A stretch of 64,000 nt of DNA. Source: Cystobasidiomycetes sp. EMM_F5 (taxonomy: Eukaryota). Shown here piece after piece: positions 12,790 through 24,586 of the stretch. Under the pieces are notes generated by a model that was given only the letters and a program-made list of their open reading frames with translations, did no database searches and had not been told where the DNA came from. The stretch is from positions 124,001 through 188,000 of the forward strand of contig JBPGPT010000009.1 of the NCBI GenBank assembly GCA_051047955.1, in the 5' to 3' direction. The first letter of the stretch is position 1; every line of letters begins with the position of its first letter. A program made the position numbers and the translations under genes.

Positions 12790-13930
12790 CTAGTGGTTCT
12801 TACCTGCCTTATATGCTTGAATGCACACCCGTCGTGCGTGTAGCGGTATCCATGACGGGGTGCGCACCGGGCGTTATGGCGCTGCACGCTGCCGCACTGT
12901 TCTTCATCCCTACGAATCACGGCGTTCTTATCCACACCCACCGCACTTTGCAGTGTCTTGTGCAAAATGGAAGACCGGGTTCGCCTGACTCTTCGTGCCA
13001 TTTGCACCGAGCACTCACACACAAGCTACCATATGCTAGACTGCGGTCGCCATTCGATAACAACGCCGCGTGGGGAGTGTGTGAGCCATGCAATGTGCGT
13101 TTCGCACGGGAAGTGCTTCATAATGCTGGAGTTCCAGATAAGCGCTCTTCGGTCGTACTCTTCTTGTCCTTGTAATGTTGACAAGCCATGCAACAAAATA
13201 GATAACAAAAGTATACGCTTGCCGAAGAGCTGGAAAGCTTGCCTTAATCCGAGGGCGTGTGTTCGCGGAAATCTTGAGGAAATACATCTATCGCACGATG
13301 CTACCCGATGCTACCCGAATTGAGACATCGGCTAGACTAGCAGCAGCGTGATTGTGACCTGATAATCTTCTGACAGGGCCAACCCGGCCCATATTCGTGG
13401 GTCTTGTGTAGCCTTGTAAAGAGTGGGCTCTTGATTGCGCCCAGCCTTATAAGGTCATTCACCAGTAGGCGGCATTACGAAATGCGGGTGCTATGCACAC
13501 TATCCGACTACTTGTCCTTGTCGATGAGAGACTGAAGCCGTCGTGTCTCGCTTTCGATGCCAAAAGTACCTCCGCCAGCTGGATTCTTTGCATTTTGTCG
13601 TTGAACCATCTCCGAAAAGAGTGCGTGAGCCGCAAAACAGCCCAGTGAGAAGAGAATGACTTGTCGGATGGCAGGACCAGGCATGATCTGTCTGTGAAAA
13701 GGACAATGGGGTCAAGTGCGGTGGCGATTGGGTTAAAGCCAATAATGGAGATCTCTACAGCCTGTCATACCATCTTATTGATTGCTACATTGGCTTTTAC
13801 TCATTCTGAGTACGGCTACATGGTGCATGATGTGCAAAGCATTACAGATTGTCATTCACTCGGAAGACTTCCCGAAGATCCTACCAAAGTCCGAAGCATG
13901 TAAAGAGGAGGGATACCTAACAGAACCGGT
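12790..13930 (+). ncRNA. Candidate large structured non-coding RNA (telomerase-RNA-like; identity unproven)
   Basis: No credible ORF; many local hairpins, an 11-bp perfect long-range helix (12938-12948/13714-13724) and a P6/P6.1-like junction at 13363-13437; G-U pairs favour the + strand; ends approximate. Confidence 0.45.
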
Positions 13931-14047
13931 CTGTACACTGAAGAAGTCAAGCGACCATCTTTGTGGCCGTATCGAATCCAGCATATGCTGGAAGGGCACG
14001 GCGTAAACTTCTACCGTGGCGTTTAAGCAGGTCCGAAGCAGCGAAGA

Positions 14048-17000
14048 TTATCCGGAAGAAGCGGATGGAAAGCCGTACGAGGGCGCTTGCCCGCGCTGGT
14101 CTTTGCGCTCAAATTGCGCGGAATGCCCTTTACGATCAAGCGCCTGATTTGCTTCGTAAGGGCTCGTTTCGTAGAATGGCGAGCGAGCGAAATTGGGGGG
14201 TTTTGCAAGGCTCGATGGGAGCGGTTGCGGTGCAGCACTCGTCGGGCGAGCCGAATGAGGGTCGTACAGCCGAGACGGAGTTTGGTTGCCAGAATGATGG
14301 AAACTTTGTGCTTGACTTGGCGAAGCTTCATACATGTTACGGTGGGAAGGCACTTCATAGCCATTCCATTGTCTCGGCGGAAGGCTAGCGTAGCGAGAAT
14401 TGGTATGGGGAATCTGTGGGCTATTATATTGATGGGCGTATGATGGCAGCCTTTCGCCCAAAACGGGCGGGTACCGTGCCGCTACAGTTTCGGCCCGACC
14501 ATACGACGGCGAACGGTTGGCGAGGATTGTTTCTGGCTTTGGATGCGAGTTAGAGAACGCTGGTATGGAGTGATGTTTGGGCGGAGACTTGGTTGACCGC
14601 ATAGTAGACTGCGCCGCAGGCATGAATGTGCTTGCATCATCATATTTGGCCGGCTCTGTTTCTTCCTCTGTCGCACTGCCCTCATCTTGAGCGTTATCTG
14701 CAGATGCTGCGAGACCATTTGCCATTTGAAAGAGCGATTCTGTCCCTCCCTCGGCATCGGGTGCATCGTTCAGAAGATTTCGGAGATGCATCATCCCCCT
14801 CGCATTTGGAGTAGGCAAGCGTTCTCGTTCATTTTCAGCATGCTGAGGCACAAAATACCCTGATGCTGGACCGGCGCCTGTAGACTTGAGAGCAGGTGAG
14901 ATCTGCGGAGGAGCCCCGGCATTAGCTTGATCCATTATACAAGACGCTGCGGATTATGCCACGTACTTCGTCTGGGGTCATTTGCATTTCCTCAACATCT
15001 GGGAACTCGGTGTCTTCAGCCTGCGCCGCGACCTGGGCAAGCCCAAGCTTCTTTGTATTGTTTTGGAAGAACTGCGAGTCAGTCCAAGCAGAATCGTCAG
15101 CCAGCTGCTGTCGAGATTCTCAGCAAAACGGGCTTACATTCTTGCATTGTACAGCCGTCTTCGTCTCAATACCCGTCGCAATGGCCGAATAATTTTTGCC
15201 GTGAACAGCTAGCAAGCGCATGAATTCGTTCTTGTCTGCCACTGACCAATAACTCGAAGAATGCACTTTAGACCTCTTATTACCAGCAGATTTTGGCAAG
15301 TTTTCGTCAGCAAAAGCGTGATCAAGCGCGCGGTCGCCAACAGATGGTCGCCGCCGCTTCTGCTTTGCGGATGCAGTCGGTCCTGCGATGTTATCGTTGG
15401 TACTGAAGCCAGCCAGCACACCCAAGGCTTCAACTGCAGCAAATCCGCCATCCGACAGGGGTGCTAATCCGGCTTCACTCGTTTGCGACGCTCGTGAAGG
15501 GGGTGAGAGGAATCGCGTCAACTTCCTGTTCGCACCGCCCAAGCTTTTGTCGGCAAGGACTTGACCAGATTTCGCTTCTCCTACATCGTTCTCCCCTACC
15601 AATGCTTGTCTACGGCTGTCCTCAATTTGCGCATTCAAACCTTCTGATGCAGCAGCCGCTGCCGCTTCATTGGCAGCCAATGCGGTACCAGGAGTCTGTG
15701 GTTCATCGTCATCGTCGTCTTCCTCCTCCTCGTCAGCACGAGAGCGTTTAAGATTGGACAAGAGTGAAGAGGAAACTTTCTTTTGTTGCCCAGAGTCAGC
15801 TGAAGCACCTGCTGCCTCGCTCACACGGCGCGCCTTCTTCTTCTTTCCGTCCTTGGATCGTTTATCGACCAGTGCACGGAAATTTCGTTGACCTTTATTT
15901 CGATAGTAGAAAAGTACGCAGTCTTGGAACGATTTATCCGGTAACGCAGACGCAATCTTGCCGAACTGTTTTGGGTACATTGCATATCGGCGACAAAAGA
16001 TGTCGACCTCGTCTTGAGTCCAATTGTCCAGGACTTTGTGAACTTCATAATGCGCTTCGGGATCCTGTATGAGGCGGTTCGTGTCGCTGTACAAGTGCTC
16101 AAATATCTGTTCATCGGGCGAGACGATCATATTCGGCACGACTGCGCCTAATCTTATGGCCTTGAGTTTTGGGTCCTGCATTTCTCTCTCAAAAATCATT
16201 GCTACGACATCGGCCAGCTCAGCGTCCGACCGGACTGAATCGCTGACGCCAGGGCCGGCTGCAGCGCTTCGTCTGTTGAGGCGAGCATTTGGTGCGAGTA
16301 GGCTCGGTGTCGCTGGCGGAGGCATCAATGACATTCCGGCAGCGTTAACGGCTGGTGTCAGTGGCGCAATAACGCTGTCTGGACGGCGACCCTGCTTGTC
16401 CCTAATCTTCTCGAGGCGGGTGCAGTGAACTTGCCATTCAGTATCCAGACTCTTGTAATCACGCCTCAGGCCAATGATATGCTTTGTGCGACGAGCGTCT
16501 CGTTCAAGGAAGCTTGCTTCGAGGAATGAAGATAGCAATTCATGATTATGTAGCTCGATGTCCGAAGCGATCAAGACTGAGTCCGGATTGCATTCGACTG
16601 GAGATATGCGCATTGGCATGACCCCTTCAGATTTGCGAAGATTATCGTCGATAACGCTGCGGATGCACTGGCGGGCAACGTCGCCGTCATGCTGCTCGTC
16701 GTCTGCGATAAAGCCTGAGAGCGCAATGTCGAATGCCGTAGGTGCTTCATCGGCATCATCCGAACGCTCAGATTCAGATTCAGATCCTGATTGAATGCCC
16801 ACATCCTGATGCATTGTTTGCGAGAGTACGGATGTCTCCTCTACTATCTTTTGTTCCTCTTTTACCATTGTCACAGGTTCTTCTGGCGGCATGTCGCTCG
16901 ACTGTTTTGACGCAGAGTCGGCCACAGTGTCGGCAATCGCGGACACGCTTCGCGCCGGCGTTGGGCGCGGACTTGCAGACGCTAGCTCAACGCTCGCGTC

Positions 17001-19177
17001 CTTAAGGCCGCATGGCGAGTCATCGACTATGTGAATATCCTTCCGAGCGTGTAGTGCATTTGCTGACTCGTCTGCAACGTCTTGAGGCGTGCAATGATTG
17101 CTTATTACTTGACTCTCAATGAAAGTCTCGCTGCGTACATTTTCTTCTGGAATCACTCCCGAATCAGAGGATGTCGATGCAACAACATCGACATCTTTTT
17201 GCATTTTCAGGTCTTCATCCACCGCATTGTCTAGCTCTGGCTCCCCTTCAGTTGGTCCTGGAGAAGCATCACGCAACGCACGTGTGCCAATCAAGGTATC
17301 GTTGCTAGATTCCGTGTTCGCGCTGGCATGATCGCACATGCCATTGTGATCCACGTCTGTATGCTGATCAGACATGCCATCACTACTAAGGACCAGTTCA
17401 GACGGAGGAGGTTTTTCCTCGTCTTGTTGAATCGAGAAAGCTTGTAACGGTTCGCATTCTTCTGGTGGGGTAGGAGCTGACTTTGCGCTATCGATCCGAT
17501 CTATCAGAGAAAGAGCAGGTCCTTTAGGGTGCTGTATCCGCTCCGAGAGGGGCACTTCATCTTGACCCGATGGCTGCGCCGAGTCAATCTCTCTGGACTT
17601 GCTTGATGCGGGCGACCACAATCTGCGAGAGTTGGTCAACGCTCCGTTGACTTGTTTATCGACGTTCACATCGTCGGATGGGGATACAATGCCCAGTGGT
17701 TGAGCAGTAACGGATATGCGCTCTGCAAGGGCAGGCTTCCCGACTGCGACTTTACGTGGATCCTGCTGATCCCGTGCAGCGGGCGGGTGTCGACTATGTT
17801 GGGGCCAGCCTCTGTCCCGACTGATCTGACCATTGCGTATTGAGGGTGGTGGTGACTTGCGATCCGGTTTGTACTGCCACGGCCTTTGCTTTGTTCGGTA
17901 ATGATCATCACGCTCAAACAAATCATTCTCAGATTCTCGAGGTTCCTGTTCATCTCTTGGCCATAATCTTCGATCACGTTGTCGTTTGCCTAATACACTG
18001 GGTGGAGGTGAACCGTTGTTTGCATACCCGGAGGTAGCGCTGGGACTGCGAGCTCGGTCCTTCGGCGAAAATGTTATAGAAGCTGATGTTGCGCGATAAG
18101 AGGTGCTGTCGCGTCCGACAAGGTCCCTTGGTGCATAATCTGGACGCCTCGAATGCCTGTCGCTTTGTGCGTCTCCAGGAATGAACGCGGTACTGTTTCG
18201 GCGATGCATAGGCGAATCGGCGCCGTTGATATATGTGCCCGAGCGAGCATGTCTCCAGCTTTCGTGATCTAGTGCTGGTCGAGCTGTCCCACCGGCTGGG
18301 GATGTTGAGCGGACTCTGGACAATCTGCGGACGGAGGGTGCATTGTCGTTGTCGTGATTTTCGCCTGGCCAGGCGCTTCTCATACTGCCGTTCCCTATCA
18401 ACTTACTGTGCGCTGGTCGTTGGTTTGCGCCATGTTGCGGAGGCGACGTGGATCTCTCTGAACGGCCATTGCTGAAGGTCCTCTGGGTAAAGGATGGCGA
18501 CGGTGATCGTGCGTTCGCAGCGCCGTGGAGGGCAGGTATTCGATCTCTGTAAGCGGTATACCTGCCGCTACGATCAGCGTCAGTCTCGTCGTGGAGCCGC
18601 CTACGGCCGTCGAAAGCTGTCGACCTCGAATCCTTTAATGGGATGATCGAGCCTGTGGGCTTTGCAGCGGGGTCCGCAGAGTAGCCTCTGCCGTATGGCG
18701 AGTCTCTCGAGTAGCGGTCATCATGGCTCTCGCGTCTTTGGGGCCAGCCGCCGTCTCGTTCCCGTCCGTTTTGGAGTTCCCAGTGCGCTCGACCTCGTTC
18801 GCCGTTGGTTGCCCTTCGAGGCCTGCAAACCAGGCGCTCAGCCTGTGATACCCTACTAGTCAGTCGTGTATACCAACGCACAAGTCGTAGTCGTCGTTTC
18901 TGCCGCTATGAGCGCGTTTGTGTGACTCCGCGGCCGTGAAACCGTTTCGACCATCCCGTTGAGCTAGAGAGTTTGACGCTTCGGGAGCACTTGCCTGGCC
19001 GTTTGCGCTGTTCCTCAAGGCCTGACGAGCTGCTGCTGCTGCTTCTGCGGCCGCCCGGGCGCTGTTGCCCGCGTCGGGTCTGCCCATCGTCCGCATTCGT
19101 CCCTCTGCCTCTGCCCATCTGTTGCTGCTCGTCGTGCTGGTTCGTGACGGCGGCACTCGAGCCTCAACATGGTCCAT
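14048..19177 (-). CDS. SNT1: NCoR/Snt1-like SANT-domain protein (Set3/HDAC complex subunit)
   Basis: WTQDEVDIFCRRYAMYPKQFGKIASALPDKSFQDCVLFYYRNK and SSYWSVADKNEFMRLLAVHGKNYSAIATGIETKTAVQCKN (two SANT domains), preceded by a coiled coil and a long disordered N-terminus. Confidence 0.85.
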
Positions 19178-19472
19178 GTAGTGCTGCGTCCCCGACTCCG
19201 CCCAGCGTTTGCGCAATATCAACGTTGGTACAATGGAGACAATGGTTTTGCACCTTTCGATGGACAAGGCATCCGACTCCGCCTTGATTGCCTTTGCCCT
19301 GGCAGCCACGTCTCTATGTCATACAAAGATCCCAAACTGGTAGCTGAGTATCCTTTCTACCAATTTGCTCGTTGTCGCGAACGGGAGGGGAAAGCGGCTT
19401 TACACTTTCAAACACTCAAACACCAGCGCCAGAGGCGCGAATGTGGTTCAATACTCCAGCGTAACTGGCTCG

Positions 19473-20716
19473 CTAATCCGAGAGCTCGCTGATTGTTGCA
19501 CCGCGCTCGTTTGGTGTCTGTTTCGGTATTACGCCTGTCGAGGTGCCATTCGCAGCGTCGTCCGTCCCCGGCGTGCTCCTCCCCTTCTTACTCTTCTTGC
19601 CGTCACTAATCTTCGGTTCTCCGGCCTTTCGCTGTTTCATGTCAGAACATCAGCTTCTGTTCAGCTAAAATACGAAAATATACAGTTCCTCACCTTCTTC
19701 TTTTTCGGAGGGGGAATGTCCCAGTCCCAGCCCGGGATAAAACTATCGACCTAAATATGCGAACAGTGTCAGATAAGTGACAGAACACTGGACGCACTGC
19801 GCTGAACGAGGATGGTCAGTACTTACAAAGCCAACATCTGCAAACAAGTTTGGAAAGATCCAGATTCCTGGCTTGACTGCCAGTATAGTGATTGCGTAGA
19901 ATATGAGTCGGAATATAGCGAGGCCGAAGAAGAGTCCGATAACGCCCAGCATTGCCATGGATAGGTACCAGACTCCGATTCTCAGGCTTGTGGGCCACAA
20001 GGGAAACATGACACCGGCCAGGATGACGACGACCATGCCGATACCTCCTAGATATGTTGTCAACTGAGATCCTTCAAGTAGCCAAGCATAGTAGCTGTCC
20101 GCTTCGAAGCTCTGCACTTGCGTGACTTTGAGGACCTTCATACTAGGCCCCTTTACGCCTTGCGGACCCGTAGACGACACGCTGTGAAGTCTATCCACCT
20201 TCAAATAGAATGCCCATTGCGAGACATTGTTGAGCAGCTTTATAGCGTCTTCTTCGCTTTCCACCTTTGGTACACCTTTCTGCTTTGCGAATGCTGGAGT
20301 CTGTAACGCTTTAACGGCGGATTTGCCTGCAAGCCAAGTCAATCAGGTGTACGTATTCTAGTACAGTATCGAATAAGCTACCCTTGAAGTAGTCTATCCG
20401 ATTCTGTTGGTCGAGCACGCCAGTCTTGAGTTTCATTCCAGACTTGTTTCGCAGCCATACCGCCGTCTTTGCAAACTCGGCTGCGGTAGGATGTGTACAC
20501 ATGTACCGTCGTTGGCGTTACAATTCACATTCAACGTCGCCAGGTTTGAAATCGCCAGCCAGGCACCAAGCACATCGCACGTCGGCACGCATGGGATCAA
20601 AAGGTGTTTATCGAGTTTGTGCCATCAGCCGACGCTCATAGCTTGACTGCGTGCTAGTGGACTTGCGACTCACGCGGAGCTAGCTTCCTGCGCTCCTCTG
20701 GGATCATGGTCGCCAT
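19473..20716 (-). CDS. SEC62: ER translocon subunit Sec62
   Basis: RIDYFKG, ILAGVMFPLWP...GVWYLS...IWIFPNLFADVGF|VDSFIPGWDW; start MATMIPEERRKLAP; 5 exons. Confidence 0.95.
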
Positions 20717-20861
20717 AGCTGCGTCACGAAGGCGGTCGTCGCAAATCAGACCGAGACTGGCTGACTTTAAATCAGACAAAACGACATACTGACAGCACGC
20801 AAACATGGAATGTTGCTAACTGCTCGCTAACGCTCTTTAAGGGAATGTTTAATTCACTTAT

Positions 20862-21339
20862 TCAATCGTCACCCCCGCCCGAACGTCGTCGGCCGCCATC
20901 CCCTGCTGCATCTGCATTATTCAGCAAATCCTGCAGCATTCTTTCCAGCCTTCCAAAGTCATTTCGGTGTCCGCGGCGAGAGCGATGGTCGCCCCCATGA
21001 TGCCGACTGGAGCTGTGACGAGGGCGGTGATGCCTGTCTGAAGATGAAGAGGCACTGGAGGACCGGCTGGAGCTACTATAGGAGCTACTGGAGGATCTGC
21101 CAGACGAATAAGAGCTGCGGCTGCTTCTGCTGTACCCGCTACTGTTGCTGTTGGTACCATAACTCGAATACGAATCAGGGGGCATACCCCAGTTTCTGAC
21201 GTTATGCCCGATGATCTGCCAGCAGAACACCCAGCTCAGCATACTGTCGAAGGAATTGACAGACGAGTCTTACTGGTCGATTGCGCCGACCACCTCCGCT
21301 CTCGATAGGTGCCAAGACCTTCAAGATGCCGAACACCAT
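20862..21339 (-). CDS. Small orphan Ser/Arg-rich protein, tandem family copy 3 (139 aa)
   Basis: Exons 21339-21274 and 21215-20862; 58-nt GTAAGA..CAG intron; MVFGILKVLAPIESGGGRRNRP|IIGHNVRNWGMP... Confidence 0.75.
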
Positions 21340-21895
21340 GCTTGAGGTTGTAGTGCCCCTTGCTGGCCTGAAGTGGATATAGTGAACCTCCGGGGTGCTT
21401 GTTGCGCTGCTTGCGGAAGTTGGAGTGAGAGAGCTTGCAATGCTCTTCCAAATCAGCTCGTGGCAGGAAGCTGTGCTGGTCCCTCAGGTGCGGCCGGTGC
21501 ATGTCCCGGATCAGGCCCGGGTGAGTCATGCACGAAGCTGGATCGTGGACAGGGCGTGTCGCCTCCTTGTGTGGAAACTTGCGGAGGGTTGCATGCATGC
21601 GAACTACACCGAACTACGCAAGATAGATGTGGCCTACATGCCTACTCTAATTACTTAATCTTCATGTCTCAAGGTGTTCCATTCGGTTTCAGTGTTACCT
21701 AACAGACCGCATAGCAAGCCTTTCATACGAAATAGGTGAGGTTTGGAGATTTTCGATATTTCAGCCACACCATTCGCAGACAGTCCACATCCACATCAAC
21801 AAGCGATCTCTTCTCGGCAGGACCCAACGTATCTAAATTGCAGCGACGCGACTCTACTCTGAAGCCAGGGAAATGACATCGGTATTCTCTTTTCA

Positions 21896-22364
21896 TCATC
21901 CTTCGGACCCACTACCGTCATCCTCATTCTGGGCCGCCTGCGCAAGCCTAATGAGCCCTCGCAACAGTTGATATATAGTTATGTCCGCTCTGCCTTGCTC
22001 GACGCGCCATGTTTGACGGGGCTGATAGCGAAGACGTCGATGTCGGCGCTGGTCAAGGTCGCGAGAGCCGGGAGACCAAGATGCAGACGAAGGCGCGGAC
22101 ACGTATGACGAAGAACTAGAAGACCTGGATTCCGATCCCGTGCTGATGCTTGAGCTACTTCTGGTTCGGCGACCAATGTGATACGGCTGTCTGCGGCGGT
22201 AAATGCCGATGAATTCAGAGTCAGAAACTCGACGGCCAATGATCTGTCAACAGAGACAGAGTCAGAATCTGAACAGCTTATGTCGCCAGACACCTTCTTA
22301 CGGGACGGTAATGTACACTGCCGGCACTGATAGGCAGACAGGCTTGCAAAATACTGAAGACCAT
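21896..22364 (-). CDS. Small orphan Ser/Arg-rich protein, tandem family copy 2 (136 aa)
   Basis: Exons 22364-22302 and 22243-21896; 58-nt GTAAGA..CAG intron; MVFSILQACLPISAGSVHYRP|IIGRRVSDSEF... Confidence 0.75.
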
Positions 22365-22728
22365 GTTGTCCAAGCTTATTGTAATGAAAGACGAAGACGG
22401 CTATATTCGTGTGCGAACGCAATACACGCATAGCGGTTCACCTGACACAGCAGTCTCCACCGCCATCAGCGTAACGTGGCGATGTCCGTCGAAGTACTCC
22501 CACAAAGGCTTACAGCGTGTCTTCGGACTGTGCACTCGTTGCAGCGGACAAGGGACTTTTCCTGCCGTGCAATGTTGGAACGATGAAATGGCCGGGCGCA
22601 TCGTCAGTGAGAGAGTCCACGCATTCCAACCGTATAGGCCGTAGCTTTGATCGGTAGAGATCGTTGTTTTTCGATCGTATACACGAGCGCAACAGCTGTG
22701 TTGGCCAAAGCACTGCTGTTACTGGGAA

Positions 22729-23207
22729 TCACAGCCCGGCCAGGTACTCAAGCAGCATCCCTTCCACCGGTGAGGAATCTGCACTTCTCCCCTTTCTGCG
22801 GCGCCGGCGTCGATCCTGCGTTGTACTGACATTATTGTAACCTTCGTCGATGCGACCGTGCTCCATGTGTGCAGACCCAACAGGTGGACGCGACGACCGG
22901 CTGCTGGATGTTCGGTTTGGTGGGTTTCGCGAGCTTCGAGAACTGTTAGTGCGATTGCGAGGATACCGACTGCGGCCTGCCGCGCTCCCGTCGCTGCTGT
23001 TGCCGGCAGAAGAGAAGTCGTTTGGCGTTCCATAATCATTGACGCGGTTGCCGAGTATTACCTAAGGGGGCTCAGTAAAATAAGCTGGAGGACGTAGAGA
23101 ATGTACAGAAGGGGCAGTCAAACACTCACTGGCATGGTGCGTCTGCGGCTATAACCAGAATAACCAGAACGTATAGGGAGCATGACTGCTAGAATACCGA
23201 AGCCCAT
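22729..23207 (-). CDS. Small orphan Ser/Arg-rich protein, tandem family copy 1 (136 aa)
   Basis: Exons 23207-23130 and 23061-22729; 68-nt GTGAGT..TAG intron; MGFGILAVMLPIRSGYSGYSRRRTMP|VILGNRVNDYGTP... Confidence 0.75.
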
Positions 23208-23517
23208 TATTCCGCTGATGGCCTACTGTAGATGTTGTGGAGTTATGATGCCGTTTGAGTGTTTGGGATGTCGTTAAGCGAACGCAACGCACACTCGAAA
23301 CGGATGACCCCATCTCCTCCAGATTGCGAGTGCATTGCCATGGACCTGCCCCGGAATAGGTTCTGAAGCCCTTAGACTGCGGACAAAGAGTATTGCCACT
23401 GAAGCGTCCATGGAAGGGCTTCAAAGGGCACTGATTCTCACAGGGACAAAGGTGAAGAGGCCAAAATTTGCCTTGAATCGTCAGAGCGCTTGCGGCAGCT
23501 AGTACGAGTGAGCACAT

Positions 23518-24586
23518 TCAGAAAGGTTGCGGTTGCGGTGGTGCAGAAGACGCAATTTGCTGTAATGACGAGGGCAACGCACAAAGGCGTCTGACTTCGG
23601 CGCGCCCAAGCAAGTCAGCCATGCGTACTGGCTCAGGAATCCGAGCCGTATTGCAGCATTCGAGTACCACCCCGATAGACGACTGTAGAGATATGCGATG
23701 TCCAGGAGAAACATACAACGCGGACGCCGTGTCCGGATGAGGAGAAGTCAGAACGGCCTTTTATGAGCCAAAAGATTCAGCCAGATACACGGAACAGGTA
23801 ATAGAGAACCAACGGACCGCTCCGACGTAGTCTGTGCCATGTGCGTTAAATATGCCCATCCAGTCTCCACGTTGACGTAAGGTCTTCTTGCAAACCTGCT
23901 TGAAGTCTTTCTGGCTGTGTCGCCAGGCAGCACCGGCTACATCGGAATTTGCGATAATAGGATAATAATCCTTGGCTGTGCCGACGGTAGGCACGTTGAG
24001 TATCACACCAACGGCGACAGCAAGACCACAGGAGCGAATGTGTGCTGCCCCATTTCCGTCAAGCATAAAAAGCTGGGGAAAGGGCACAGAAGGGTTTTGC
24101 CGCAGCTCTTCGATAATGTCAACGCAATGCCGAGCTTCGCGCATGCTTAGAAAGGATGCAATGTATGGCTCGGTCATGCGTACTTGTCTTAGCAATTTGT
24201 GAACAATCTGCGAAGCGCGTTGCGAAGCGCGTATCAGCTTCGTACAGTATTGCGGAGACTCAACAACTTGCCTTCATGTCGGGATAGCTGTGGACCGTCA
24301 GAGCCATCACTGCGTCCTCAGGATTATCCGGAAAGAAGCTGATGTCGATCCCTGCAATTGTATGCAGACCTTCGATGGTGTACGAGCAGCGATGCTTCAA
24401 AGGAGCCGCAATGTCATTTGGCGGTGGCATCGCCGTATGAGACCGCACCACGAATGTCAGGTCACTGTCATAAAGCAGCGCCTTGTCGGCCATATCGAGC
24501 TGCTTCTGCAACCATTCGGCTTTGGTCTGCTCGAGCTGAAGGTCATCGCTGGTATATTTGGCAGGTAGCGGATCCAAGCTCTCCAT
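23518..24586 (-). CDS. ENDOV: Endonuclease V (inosine-specific nuclease)
   Basis: AGIDISF, PYIASFLSMRE, MLDGNGAAH, PTVGTAK, LYVSPGHRISL, RIPEPVRMAD; 3 exons. Confidence 0.92.

Noticed and set aside
12795..12808. CTTACCTG resembling the U1 snRNA 5' end
   Set aside because: Context is TTCTTACCTG rather than ATACTTACCTG, and I could not find properly placed U1 loop I/II or Sm motifs.
13296..13318. 10-nt direct repeat (CGATGCTACC)x2.3 as a telomerase template
   Set aside because: Would specify a telomere repeat I have no evidence for, and it appears to be paired within a local hairpin.
14025..14045. CAGGTCCGAAGCAGC resembling SRP RNA helix 8
   Set aside because: Lacks the GNRA-capped stem and sits right beside the SNT1 stop codon; likely chance.
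21236..21702. Overlapping Cys-rich (+) and His-rich (-) ORFs
   Set aside because: No recognisable motifs; the region is better explained as the promoter and exon 1 of tandem family copy 3.
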